NCBI GenBank assembly: GCA_035084275.1
Contig: CM068757.1
Coordinates: 6,076,001 to 6,140,000 of the forward strand
Source of the DNA: Hydrolagus colliei
Lineage: Eukaryota
DNA: 64,000 nt
Direction: 5' to 3'
Shown here: piece by piece, positions 44,101-54,899 of the stretch
How the letters are laid out: each line of letters begins with the position of its first letter
Position numbering within the stretch: position 1 is the stretch's first letter
The notes under the pieces: model-generated
The model's input: only the letters and a program-made list of their open reading frames with translations
Database searches by the model: none
What the model was told of the DNA's origin: nothing
Made by a program: the position numbers and the translations under genes

Positions 44101-47100
44101 TGGCTGGTAATCAATTAACATCAGGAGCTTTGATCTGATCCATTGCAGCAACAAATGGACTTGTCAGATGCAAACAGAATTAATCTGGTGCAGCAGGAGC
44201 TCTTCTGGAGTTTCCTAGGCCCAAGGTTCCTGTTGCTAAGCCATACACAAAAAACTTGTGGTTTCGGGTGTAGCAAATACCCTTCCTTCATTGGAATACA
44301 AGACACAAAACCACCCAACAATATGTTGACCAAACAACTTGTAAGAGATGTTGTTAAGCTCCTTCACTCAACACCACTGGAGACAATGAAAACACTCAGC
44401 AAAACATCAAATGGATAGAAAGACCGTAACATTCTTCTTCCGAGGAAAAGGGATTACATTACCCCTTGGTAATCCGGGTGCACTGCAATACGGACAATAC
44501 GTGCTCCAGACAGACTTCCGAAGTCAGGATCCTGAAACTGTAATAAAGAAGGCTCCATGAAATCAAACAGCTTTTAAATGGGCAGTGTTTCAGGCATCGC
44601 TCTTGCTGGAGAAACCTACAGAAACGATCATCTTTACAGTCAGATGAACCAACAGAATAGCACAACAGTTTCTGCATTTACTGGTTTGAGTAGTATTTAC
44701 AGTTAACAGCCTCTAGTGGTAGCAATCAAAACATACAATCGCAGGATTCAGAATCGGTACATCTTCTGGTGGAACTGTAGTTTTTTTTCATTCCTTACAG
44801 GGGAGGAAGAGGCATGGTGAAGGGATAGAGGAATAGTGTTCCAGAGTATCTGGGCACAGTGGCTGAAAGTGTGTGGAGCAGATGGGGAGCACAAGGGACA
44901 AGACCATCACCGTACCTGCTCTGACACAGTCCAGGGAATGAGATCTCCAAATGCTTTCTTCCCTCGAGAGAGACTGTTCATCACCGACTGACGAGATATC
45001 TCCCCCTCAAGACACACCTGGAAAAATGAAAAGCAAAACACGTGTGAAGAGAAGGGAGTTCCTCCCGATAGTTTAGACAACAATCCTCAAATAAATTGGC
45101 CATTCATTTCATGGCAATAGGATATTGCTATCCACAAACCTGCTGCCGTATTTGCCTATAAATAGTCGCTGCACTTTACAGTAATTCTGCGAAAGAGCTC
45201 TTTAAGATGATATGAACAGTGCTGCATGAAATCAAAGTATTATTATTATACTGTGTCCTTTTAATTGAGAAGGATTGCGGGCAAATCTGAACACATTAAA
45301 TTGCAGTAATTTGCGTGTTAAAGATTTTGTGCTGTGCGCAGTTGGCTGCCGCTTTTTGTCCACAAATATACAGTCAATTCATTTACAGTATATTCTGTGA
45401 AACACTTTGAGACTTCTAGAAGACGTGAAAAGCGCTATATCAAATGCAAGGATTATTATTATTCCACTGGAAGCACCTTACTTAATTAAATCAGGCTTCT
45501 ACTCAGTGCTGTTTGTACATTACCTGAATGACAGCCAGCACTTCTGGCAAAGAATTCTGAGTGGATGCCACTGGGGGCAGCAGGCAGAAGAGATGGTGAG
45601 CAGGAGCGTCCGAAAGTAACTGAAGGTCATTAGGAGTGTTCTGCGGAGGTGTTGGTAAAGGTTTAATTAACAAACACAAAGTAAATCTCAAAACAATTGC
45701 CTGAAAGGCAACAGCTCTTAGCTATCAGGTAATGATTTCCCTTTCAACTTCCCACACACTTTCTGCATGCACTGAAACGTTGAAAGGTTTATTCCAAACT
45801 TATAATTCTCCTCATTTGGCATTTACAGTAAAAAAAAGGATCACTAACAGTGAATGCACTGATTCAAGTTTTAAAAAAAATAAAAACTGTAAATGCTGAA
45901 TGAGGAAAATTATAAATTTGGAATATAGGTTTCAACCTTGCCACTGAAGATCCAATTTTAAAATATCAAAAAGATTCAGAAAATAATTCACAATTGATTC
46001 TGCAGGGGAATAAAAAATGTGGTTTTATAATTTCCTGTAAGAATGAAAATTACATCAGAATGAGTTTGAAAGGCATTTTAGGTTGACATAATTCCACGGT
46101 TTACCTTGTAATGTGATGCTACGTACAAAGCCATCATTCTCTGCAGGAAAGCCTCAGACGCTTTGTGGTAACAGAACAGCGTGTCCCTTTTGACATAATA
46201 ACTGTAGCAGCAGTTAAGGAAAAGAAACCAGGCTGCAAATATCATCTATCTTCAACAAGTCATGTTGTAATAATAATACTTGAATTTGATATAATAATCC
46301 TTATATTTGGTACAGCGCTTTTCACGCCTTCTAGGCATCTCAAAAGGGCATCACAGAATATACTGTGAAGTGAATTGACTGTTTATTTGGGGGCGATATA
46401 ACACCTTATCATGTTTTCGAGACGTCTTAAATCACTTCACAGAATATACTGTAAAGTTGATTGACCGGATATTTTGTGGGCCAAACACGGCAGCCGACTG
46501 CGTACAGCAGTTATTAAGTATAGCTTCTTCTTATGTCTTCCTTATTAAGAGAAGTCAGATTTAGAGTGGAGTGGACTGCACTGGAGACAGAGGCCTCTTG
46601 ATGTTTCCTTCAAAGGAATAGGGACGGAGAGGAAAACAATGTTAAACCCAGGGCAGTGTAATGCAATATGCAAGAACCCAATGCCATTTTGAAATTCCTT
46701 ATTTAAGCCCACTTCAAATCTCAGGGAAAATCTTGAACAAAAGTGAATTAAAGCACCCTGGCCACATGGTTTAACAACCATTAAGCAAAGAGATCTTATT
46801 ACTGGAGCTTCCTCCCTCAGTTCAATCTAGGCGCGGAAACACATTTCGGATATTCATTGAAACTGACTGATGGATACAGGTCACAGGTCTCCGGGATTGG
46901 GCAGCCTGAGATGATTCTGGGGATGTTCAGACAGTTTAAACACAGCAGCTCATTCAGCCACTTCTCCACCGGGTCCCCAGGAGCATAGCGGATAGACTCG
47001 TGTAAAGTCACCTCGTGCAAAGTCCGCACTGCCAACAAATTACAATTAAAGCAAGTCAGGAATGACATTAATACCCCCCCCCCCCCCCCCCCCCCCCCGC

Positions 47101-50100
47101 AAACACACACACACAGACACTTTCTTTTAAGACAACTTTAAAAGACAGGATGCAGCTGCATGATCAACACCTCCAATTTCAGTGCTGTCACTCCAATCCT
47201 CCAGCCTGGCCACATGAACTGTGGCAGGACAGGAGTTGACACCCTTTCTGTTACAACCTTCTACAAATACACCAGGTAATCATATTCCACACACATATAG
47301 CGGCCACCGGTCTCCCATGACTTGCAACCATTGACAGTATTACAGAGGAGCTTGATATGCAAGTAGCGGCAAATTTAGATAAGATGATTAAGCAGGAAAA
47401 ATAAACCCTTTTCCGCCGAACAAAAAATGTTAACCCTGCAAAGCCTTAATAGGAAGGTGGTGCTAGGTTGGCAAGCAGTGGAGTTTGCCAGACAATGCTC
47501 ACAATAGCAAGCTATGCAGTCTTAGCTAGTTAAATTACAGCAGTACCCCAACACACACTCTGGGGTCTCCCAGCTTTAGTTCTGAATACTTTGTGGAATT
47601 AAACAAGCAGGATGCTTCCCTCCAAGGAGAGTATGCATTCCATTTCAGACACAAAAATATGCCTACGTGTAAATAGCACATATATGCGGAACTCTCAGTC
47701 TGGTTTTTGATATGGTCAGACAACCGGAGGACAAAAAAATATATACTCAAGCAATCTGAAAAGGTTAGAAGTCTCTTTTTCAATTAAACAGCATGACTGG
47801 TAAACGTATTGAACAGGTTGAGGAATGAGGAAAGTCAGTGTCTTACTAGTGGTCAGTCTGGCAGTGGAAGTGGTTTTATTCTCTGCAGTCATGTTGCTCT
47901 GGCTTTGAGCGCTTTGCTGTCGCAGCTGTTGAATCAGTTTCAAAGAGAGAGAACGCCCCGTTCCTTCATATCTGGAAAAGAAGAAGAATTGTAAGATTGA
48001 AGATGTTAAAAGTAGCTCACTTACAACCAGAGTCCTGCACATGCCTCTCAAATATACATTTTCAATTTAATAAATCAAATCATACAAGATTACAGGAACA
48101 GGCCATTTAGTCCTGCAGCTCAGTGATGACAGCACTCGTATTACAAGTGAGAGTCCTGGGTTCGATTCCAGTCAATGCGAAACTTTGGCCAAGTTTCCTT
48201 TATCCACACGCCTAATAATAATCCCTCAAAAGAAAAGTCATTTCAATTCAAGACTGTTTGTGACACACTGCTGTGCGCAATTGGCTACCGCATTTTGCCC
48301 ACAAATATTGTCAATTCACCTTACAGCATATTCTGTGAAGCGCTTTGAGACACCTAGAAGACGTGAAAAGCGCTATATCAAATGCAAGGGTTATTATTAA
48401 TTATTATTATTTAGACCATCAAGTTTGCACTGTTTTCTTCCATTTGTGTCACTCCTGCTCACTCTCCATAATTTTTTGTATTCTTTCTAGAATTTTAGCA
48501 TCAGAAATGAAATATCCATGGGTTAGTAAAGTCTCAAAGCCTCAAGAATGAGTAAAACGATCCTAAAGGCATCATGCTCCCACTAAATAAATCACATTAT
48601 AATGGAGGAAGAATTTAAAACATAAAGAATAAACCATAAAAGATGTTTTAGGTGTGATAAATCAAACTTTTTGTTCCTATCAATTTTTATATAAGACAGC
48701 GAATAGAGGCAAAGAAAGCCATGTGGTCTATTGATAAGCAAGTCAAAGTAATCTCCAATCCTGATAGGATTAAAGATAAGTGAAAGCAGGGAATCTACTA
48801 AATGAGTTATTTTGTAGTCTGTCCCTACTTTGCAATGTTGCTCTAGGCGATCATCAGCTAACATACCCATTTACAGTGGACGACATAAAGACAAGGTAGG
48901 GTCCCAACAGATTCTTCACCAGTGGCAGTGGGATGGCAGCTGCCTCATCAATCACCACCAGCTCAGCCTGACCCAGTTTTACAGCATCTGCGGGGTGGAT
49001 GTACTAACGAAAAAGAGAGAAGGCGAAAATATTGTAATTATGTGATTTTACTATACGTGCTCAGTATAGTGGTGGTGGGGGAGGGGGGGGGGGGGGTGGG
49101 AAGCTCATCAATACAAACGACTCCGACACTTAATTAACTTTCCATTGGAAGAAGGCGCAGAATATGGCCTTACCTGGATAGTCTGCCTGTGCTCTTTATA
49201 GACATTAACTCGGACCACAGCTTTGTTGAATTCTGGATTCAAGGATTGGATTATTTCATAGTCCAAGTGTTCCTGTGAGAAAAGAAAATCAGTTTATACA
49301 ATCAAGAGAACTTTTAGCACAGGAGAACTTTTGCCGCATAACTCTGCTGTGCTAACTCCGCACCAGAGCAATCTAATCCCATTTCCTTCTTTCCTCCATT
49401 CTCCTTCAAACCTTCTAACTGTTTAAACTATTTAACTAAATCCAATTTAAATATCTTAAAATTTCCAAGGGCTTCAATTAGATAACTCACAGGAACCGCC
49501 TACTGTCAATTTAAACGTCATGTATTTGTGTCATACTTGTACAAGGGTTAATACCAAACTCATACTCTGAAAATAAACATTAGTGACAAGAACTTGTCTT
49601 TCCAATGATAAGTTACTGATCCTTACACTGATGGACCCGTTCTCACCTGGTATTGCAGTGCATCAAAACCCTTGAAAATGAATTCAAACAGAGTGTGCAG
49701 ATTGTCTGGGCTCGGTGATGTAACGAACATATTAGAATATCTAAAAATGGCAGATGAAGCAAAGATTCAGGCACTGCATTACCAAATTTGACATAAATCC
49801 AATTTAAAACAAAGTCATTGATTGATAACAGCAAACTCAAAAAGAGAGAGAAAAAGCTCGGTAAAATTTGGGGTTATCAATTGTTAAACATATTGGAATA
49901 CTTTGTAAACACTAAAATCATCTATATTCCACAGGTGCACAGAACAAACCAGTAACTGAGCCTGTGAATAAGCACCAGTTGACTAAGTATTTATAAATCC
50001 AGAAATTGTACGGCAGTGTTTGCCCACACATACATCAAATCATAACAGAAACATCAGAGTAATGAGAAATAAAGACAGACGATCAATAAGTGAGTAAATG

Positions 50101-53100
50101 ACAGCAAGCGCCCTTACCCAAAGGCCACGGCTCCTGCAATAGCCAGGCCCAGGGCGGCAGATTTACCCCGTCCTCTTGCAGCAGTTAAAGCCACCGTGCT
50201 TCTCAAGGTCTTCTCGGAAATAGCTTCGATGAATTTCAGGACTGCTTTGGCCTAGTAAATACAACCAAAACACGATTAAAAACTTACAGGAAAACTACAA
50301 CTTTAAAGGAACACACTGCAGCTGTATTCTGAAGGTTTACGAGCGCACACACTCTTACCTGATCAAGAGTTTTGCAGCTGTCCACCAGGACTCCAACTGG
50401 CTGTGTGTCACGCAGAGATTCCTTAAGTTCCTTCAATTCAGTCTCTTGAGGTGATTGGTTTTCATCCTTAAAGACATAAAATTGTAGACAGGTACATCAG
50501 CATTAAGGAACTCCAGCTCTACTGTGTCCGGCCTTCTCTTTGTCCCCGGAAACCTCCGCTCCACCATCGGCGGCCATACTTTCAGCCACTACGCCCCAAA
50601 ACTTTGGAACTCAACCCCGTTGTCTCATCACCTCCTTCCCCATCTTGAGATTGCTCTTACGGTCACCTTCCCCCTCACTCTGGATGTGCAAACGCCAGAA
50701 CTCACCATGGATTTAGGGGCCACAGACTGGATGTTGAGAATGTGGCTGGAAAGTGGTAGAATGTCCAGGAGATCATTTATAACAATGCAGTTCTTACAGG
50801 ATGACAAAGAGAGGATAAACCTGGAAAGAGATAAGAAAGTAAAATCTTTATTCAACCGAGCTTCGTGCTTTTTATGCACACTCCATGTTGAGAACGCAGA
50901 ACTTCTACCTTTCATTGAAACGCCCAACAACATCCTGATGTGCCTCTGTTCTGTAGCGAGCATGGACATCCTAGAAAAAGAATTAAAGAGAAAATAAATA
51001 ATTGAAAAAAAATGCACACACTGAAGACTGTTGGGATTTTAGTGAGGCAAGAAACTTGAGCACTGCTTGCCACCAACGTAACAAGTGAATAAAAGCTTAC
51101 CCTCCAATGGTAGGGGTGGAGAGAGTATTTTGAACGAAAATGAATGATCTCCAATAAACCAACCGTACCATTGTCATTGTGTAGAGCTGTTTCAATGAGT
51201 TTACTGTTCTCAGTAGAATTACAATAATTCCACCTCCTTCGACTGTCTCAACAGTCCGGGCCAAGAGATTTGGTGTAAGGGCCTCAAAATCCTAGAAGAT
51301 AAAGAGGGTTGAATGGAACACAAGTAAGTATGTTTACAGGCTACTTTATACACATTTTAAACAAATAATACTTGATTAAATTGTTTTGTGTGCGACAGTT
51401 TAAAACTGGAGAAATGATTGCTGCTGATCTAGTAGGAATCCCATACATTCAATGGTTGAAGCCAAAGAATTAGATGCTCTAACCTAAGAATTCAAACTAA
51501 TTAATAATTCAATCTAGACATGCAGCGCAAACTAAAATTAGACTTTGTATCACTTCCAACCTGCATCAACACAGCAGGCACCAGTGACATATCAATATTT
51601 GCCAATAACCAAAAGGGTAACCGTCTTCCCCACCTCTCCACCACACTTCCTAGTATTGAGATGTTCAGGTACAACAGATGCACACGATGCCCCAGCTAGG
51701 GGAATACCCTTTAAATGCCAACCCAGAGAGAGAGCAGCACCAGGCTATTTAACTTAGGAGCAATATTTTCAGTGTTACATTCAATCACTGCATTGATATT
51801 TTGTCACGGTTCTTTATAACTGAAAATTTCTACAATTTTAAACAAGTGAAAGAATTTGAAGCACAATGAAAACAGTAGCTGCTATCATCTCACCTGCAAG
51901 ACACACATCCCAAATGTGTTGCCCAGGATTTTGTGAGTCTCGTTGTAATAGCAATATCGAATGTTAGTCGCAGCGACAAACAGTTCAAAGGGATCATCTT
52001 GCTTAAGATCAAGTGTGCCACTTTTAATCTTCTTCTGCAACTGCCTCATTCGCTTCTTCCTGTGACTGTAAGAGAAAAAGATACACACCACTTCTAGAAT
52101 GGCTGCCTCCATTCTTGTGTTACATTCAGTAACCTTCCTGTCAGCCAAATTATACTGGAATGTTCACACTTCACAAGTGTCATCAACGTAGTATTTCTCG
52201 TGCTCTTTCTCATCTGCTTCTCACTTAAACTATACTCCAGTATCCCCTCATTATACAGACATTGGTCAATATGTGGACTATCCAAGAATGAATTGTGTAT
52301 CATGCAAAGATTCAGTAATATCAACCAATTCAAGGGGGAAATGGATGGCTATTTGGTGAAGATACAATCGAGTTCAATTATGTCTGTTTTGTTTGGGGCT
52401 AACAGGATTCACCACAATGATCTTTTCCACTTCCATACTTTCCCAAGTACAGTACTCTCCTTTCTCTATCAAATACAGGGTTTGTGATCACCACCAGTTT
52501 CCCACTAGAGCTTTACTAGTTTTATAACACTACCTCCTCTTCCTGCTTATTAACAATATAGTAGTTGGTATCTTACCATAGATTCATATAACACTCCACA
52601 TATGTTTTCCCCTATTTGTGCTGACATTATGAAGCACCTCATTGATTACCTGCTGAAGCCAAGCTCTTTCTTGTAACACCACAGCACAGTTGGCCTGGCC
52701 TTCACTGCAGCTTTGGACAGCATGTGATGAAGTATAACCACCTACAGAAACAGGAAAGGAAAACACCAAATTATTTCATACAAGTTACTTTACCTTCTTC
52801 TCCGCCGAGAGGAAAGAACATTTCTACACCAACTATTTGGTACAGCACAAGTCACACAAAGTAAATCTTCTCTTACTCTGACTTCACCCTGACTTCCAAT
52901 AAGCAGCCTGAAAGAATGTTTGAGACAAATGTATGTTTGTTATTACTTCCCACATCCACACAATCTGTCATTTATACTTTACTAACAAGGTTGTGTTGGA
53001 ACAAATTCCAAGATTTTGCAACACAAAAGTCTCAGATTGGCTCAGTTGGTACTGCGCTTTCCTCAGTCAAAAAGTTCTGACCTTAGACTCCACATTGGCC

Positions 53101-53704
53101 ATTTGAATTACTTATAGATTATGGACTGTTGAGTGCTGTTGGCCCACATTCACAACCACAAAATTATACTGTAGAGTGCCTTTCACGTCGGGAGGACGTC
53201 CCACTAACCACAACAACAACATTAAAAACAATGTACTGGATTCGAACATGAACACAAGATGTGAAAAAAACACTGGAAAGTGAATTTGAATCATTTTTCA
53301 AATAATATTTGAAGGCAACAAAGTGACCTCGCAGGATTGTACGCTAATGTATATTTGTAGACGAACAGTCCAGCCGCTTTGTGCACAGTAATGTCTGACC
53401 TACAACCAACAAAGCAAAAGGCAAGTTTTATCTGGAAGACTGTTGACTCTGTGGACACTGGGAGAAACGGTCTTCTCTTTTTCGATAGTACCACGGGATC
53501 TTTGAAGTCCACCGTTAACAAACAGAAGGGACCTCACTTTCATTCTCTCTCCCAGCACTGTAATGATGCGTCAGCAAGACCAGTTCTCGCCCTTACCTGA
53601 TCTCTGCCGTGATCTCCCACAATGACAACCATGGTCCTTTGTCTCTGCGCCATGCCGTTGTCAATCAGGACCCGGATCCGGTTGTCAATTTTCTTTCTGA
53701 ACAT
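32092..53704 (-). CDS. NAT10: RNA cytidine acetyltransferase NAT10 (Kre33/TmcA family), complete spliced CDS, 28 coding exons, 1022 aa
   Basis: ATG at 53704-53702 ([17 protein letters not shown]), TAA at 32094-32092; the 28 exons sum to 3069 nt in frame. Walker A ([11 protein letters not shown]), Walker B (VIDEAAAIP), GNAT acetyl-CoA motif ([17 protein letters not shown]) and a basic C-terminal tail are present. Confidence 0.97.
32426..32509 (-). CDS. NAT10: NAT10 coding exon 27
   Basis: [28 protein letters not shown]. Confidence 0.92.
33202..33275 (-). CDS. NAT10: NAT10 coding exon 26
   Basis: [25 protein letters not shown]. Confidence 0.92.
33515..33613 (-). CDS. NAT10: NAT10 coding exon 25
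   Basis: [33 protein letters not shown]. Confidence 0.92.
34005..34124 (-). CDS. NAT10: NAT10 coding exon 24
   Basis: [40 protein letters not shown]. Confidence 0.94.
34550..34760 (-). mobile_element. SINE 3' half
   Basis: Reverse complement of family tail and core. Confidence 0.82.
36078..36250 (-). CDS. NAT10: NAT10 coding exon 23 (NAGNAG acceptor; alternative 5' end 36247)
   Basis: [57 protein letters not shown]. Confidence 0.92.
36575..36700 (+). mobile_element. SINE 3' fragment
   Basis: Family core and tail. Confidence 0.82.
37875..37985 (-). CDS. NAT10: NAT10 coding exon 22
   Basis: [37 protein letters not shown]. Confidence 0.94.
38314..38413 (-). CDS. NAT10: NAT10 coding exon 21
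   Basis: [33 protein letters not shown]. Confidence 0.94.
38885..38933 (-). CDS. NAT10: NAT10 coding exon 20
   Basis: [16 protein letters not shown]|gtaagt. Confidence 0.93.
41901..42034 (-). CDS. NAT10: NAT10 coding exon 19
   Basis: [45 protein letters not shown]. Confidence 0.94.
42292..42336. repeat. 19-bp tandem duplication
   Basis: AAGGCCGTTGCCCAAATAG twice plus partial AAGGCCG. Confidence 0.9.
43566..43682 (-). CDS. NAT10: NAT10 coding exon 18 (GNAT)
   Basis: [39 protein letters not shown]. Confidence 0.94.
43790..43990 (+). mobile_element. SINE copy, headless
   Basis: AGGGCAAAACCTTGGGCAAGTTTCCTTACT matches the 19340 copy, then core and tail. Confidence 0.85.
44463..44537 (-). CDS. 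NAT10: NAT10 coding exon 17 (GNAT)
   Basis: [25 protein letters not shown]. Confidence 0.95.
44916..45017 (-). CDS. NAT10: NAT10 coding exon 16
   Basis: [34 protein letters not shown]. Confidence 0.94.
45325..45462 (+). mobile_element. SINE 3' fragment
   Basis: Family core and tail. Confidence 0.85.
45524..45640 (-). CDS. NAT10: NAT10 coding exon 15
   Basis: [39 protein letters not shown]. Confidence 0.94.
46105..46201 (-). CDS. NAT10: NAT10 coding exon 14
   Basis: [32 protein letters not shown]. Confidence 0.94.
46202..46877 (-). other. U12-type (minor spliceosome) GT-AG intron in NAT10
   Basis: 5' splice site GTATCCAT (U12 consensus GTATCCTT) and canonical branch point TTCCTTAAC at 46221-46213, 11 nt from the intron 3' end, with no real polypyrimidine tract after it. 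Confidence 0.88.
46265..46510 (-). mobile_element. Two tandem SINE 3' fragments inside the U12 intron
   Basis: CACAGAATATACTGT(G/A)AAG block occurs twice, in reverse orientation. Confidence 0.8.
46878..47028 (-). CDS. NAT10: NAT10 coding exon 13 (followed by U12-type intron)
   Basis: [50 protein letters not shown]; donor CT|gtatccat. Confidence 0.93.
47847..47971 (-). CDS. NAT10: NAT10 coding exon 12
   Basis: [41 protein letters not shown]. Confidence 0.94.
48115..48410 (+). mobile_element. tRNA-derived SINE, near full length
   Basis: AGCTCAGTGA A-box, GGTTCGATTCC B-box, same body and (TTA)n tail as the 19340 copy. Confidence 0.87.
48867..49003 (-). CDS. NAT10: NAT10 coding exon 11 (Walker B)
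   Basis: [46 protein letters not shown]. Confidence 0.95.
49174..49272 (-). CDS. NAT10: NAT10 coding exon 10
   Basis: [33 protein letters not shown]. Confidence 0.94.
49647..49740 (-). CDS. NAT10: NAT10 coding exon 9
   Basis: [31 protein letters not shown]. Confidence 0.94.
50118..50251 (-). CDS. NAT10: NAT10 coding exon 8 (Walker A)
   Basis: [45 protein letters not shown]. Confidence 0.95.
50359..50466 (-). CDS. NAT10: NAT10 coding exon 7
   Basis: [36 protein letters not shown]. Confidence 0.93.
50505..50620 (+). mobile_element. L2-type LINE 3' region fragment
   Basis: CTCCACCATCGGCGGCCATACTTTCAGCCACTACGCCCC...TGGAACTC; a related copy lies at about 15170-15235. Confidence 0.55.
50706..50820 (-). 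CDS. NAT10: NAT10 coding exon 6
   Basis: [38 protein letters not shown]. Confidence 0.93.
50909..50970 (-). CDS. NAT10: NAT10 coding exon 5
   Basis: [20 protein letters not shown]. Confidence 0.94.
51169..51291 (-). CDS. NAT10: NAT10 coding exon 4
   Basis: [41 protein letters not shown]. Confidence 0.95.
51894..52065 (-). CDS. NAT10: NAT10 coding exon 3
   Basis: [57 protein letters not shown]. Confidence 0.95.
52650..52741 (-). CDS. NAT10: NAT10 coding exon 2
   Basis: [30 protein letters not shown]; AG/GT bounded. Confidence 0.94.
53597..53704 (-). CDS. NAT10: NAT10 coding exon 1
   Basis: [36 protein letters not shown]|gtaagg; Kozak gtcaccATG. Confidence 0.93.
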
Positions 53705-54059
53705 GGTGACGTTTGCCGCGCAGACGAAAATACCGCTAGAGTTTCTGCAGCAAGACGCAGCAACGAATAGGGCGTGTTACACAACGTTTCCGAAACGACG
53801 GTCTGAAACCGACATTGATACGCAGTCACTGCTATTCGCAGACACTTTGACAAGTGCTTCGGAATTTTTTTGGGGGGGAGACATTATACCAAACGCAATG
53901 ATTGTTATTTAAAACCATCCTTTTTATTCCCCATTAATCACCCCCCCCACGCCCCACTTTCTCTCTCTCAGTAACAGCATTTGACTGCAGGTTTCTATCC
54001 ACTAGAGAACAGACCCGTGGGAGGGATGAGGTTCCGCCATCGTCCACTCTTACCCCACT

Positions 54060-54230
54060 TATAACAACAATAATAATCCTCGCGTTTGATACAGCGCCTT
54101 TTCGCGTCTTCTCGGCGTCTCAAAGCCCTTCACAGAATACACTGTAAAAGTGAATTGACTGCGTGTTTGTGGGCGAAACGTGACAAGACAATTGCGCACC
54201 GCGGCGTCCCCGTAAACAGACGTGGATTTA
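54060..54230 (-). mobile_element. SINE 3' half, CpG-retaining
   Basis: Reverse complement of family tail and core. Confidence 0.8.
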
Positions 54231-54246
54231 AATTCTTCTGTCTGCC

Positions 54247-54247
<1 letters not shown>

Positions 54248-54306
<59 letters not shown>

Positions 54307-54330
54307 CAACCAATTAACTAACTAACTAAC
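54248..54330. repeat. (AACT)n tetranucleotide microsatellite
   Basis: About 14 perfect AACT units followed by variant units. Confidence 0.95.
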
Positions 54331-54529
54331 CAACCTCCCTTCCTCCCTCAGATCCCTGTGGAGTCTGAGCCATAATCACACACCCTCTCCCATCTTCTCT
54401 CCCTATCATCCCTTCTCTCCCACTCCCCTCCCTCCCTCCCTTTCTCTCCCTCTCCCACTCCCCTCCCTCCCTCTTCCTCTCACTCTCCTCCTTCACACAC
54501 TCACCCTCTCTATCTCTCGCACATGGAGT

Positions 54530-54870
54530 CTCGCAGTCCAGGACCCGCATGTGGACGCTCCTCGCCACTTGCCTGATCACCCGCTTTCGCTTTCCGAACA
54601 CTCGGGCCCAACCGCAGCGGGTCTCCGCTGAGGCCGCCTTTGCCGCTTCCTTTCCCCCCTGGAGATGGCAAGCCCGCTGCGGGTCGAGTAGGAAGAGGCG
54701 GCCTTTAAAAACCGTCGTGAAAATCAGGCGTTCGGGCAGGACAGCCGCTCGGGGTCCTGGCTAGCCAGACGTCGCCGCCTGTTAATGACGCGGTGTGAGG
54801 CCGGCGTCAGGGACCGCTGTCGCCATGGCGACGGGAGCAAGGCGCCGCTCCACAGCGGTGAGGTGGGCAC
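54530..54870. promoter_or_regulatory. CpG-rich probable NAT10 promoter / non-coding first exon region
   Basis: Markedly GC- and CpG-rich block about 0.9 kb upstream of the NAT10 ATG; contains inverted TGACG half-sites and an X-box palindrome. Confidence 0.65.
54819..54832. promoter_or_regulatory. Palindromic RFX X-box-like motif
   Basis: GTCGCCATGGCGAC is a perfect 14-bp palindrome close to the RFX consensus GTTGCCATGGCAAC. Confidence 0.55.
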
Positions 54871-54899
54871 CTGACCCGACAATCAATCAATTGACAAAT

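Noticed and set aside
49602-49634. C/D box snoRNA-like pattern (ccaATGATA...CTGAtgg) in a NAT10 intron
   Set aside because: Only about 33 nt, with an imperfect C box, and antisense to the host transcript.
50524-50997. 157-aa plus-strand ORF
   Set aside because: It starts in an L2 fragment and runs antisense across two NAT10 exons; a shadow ORF.
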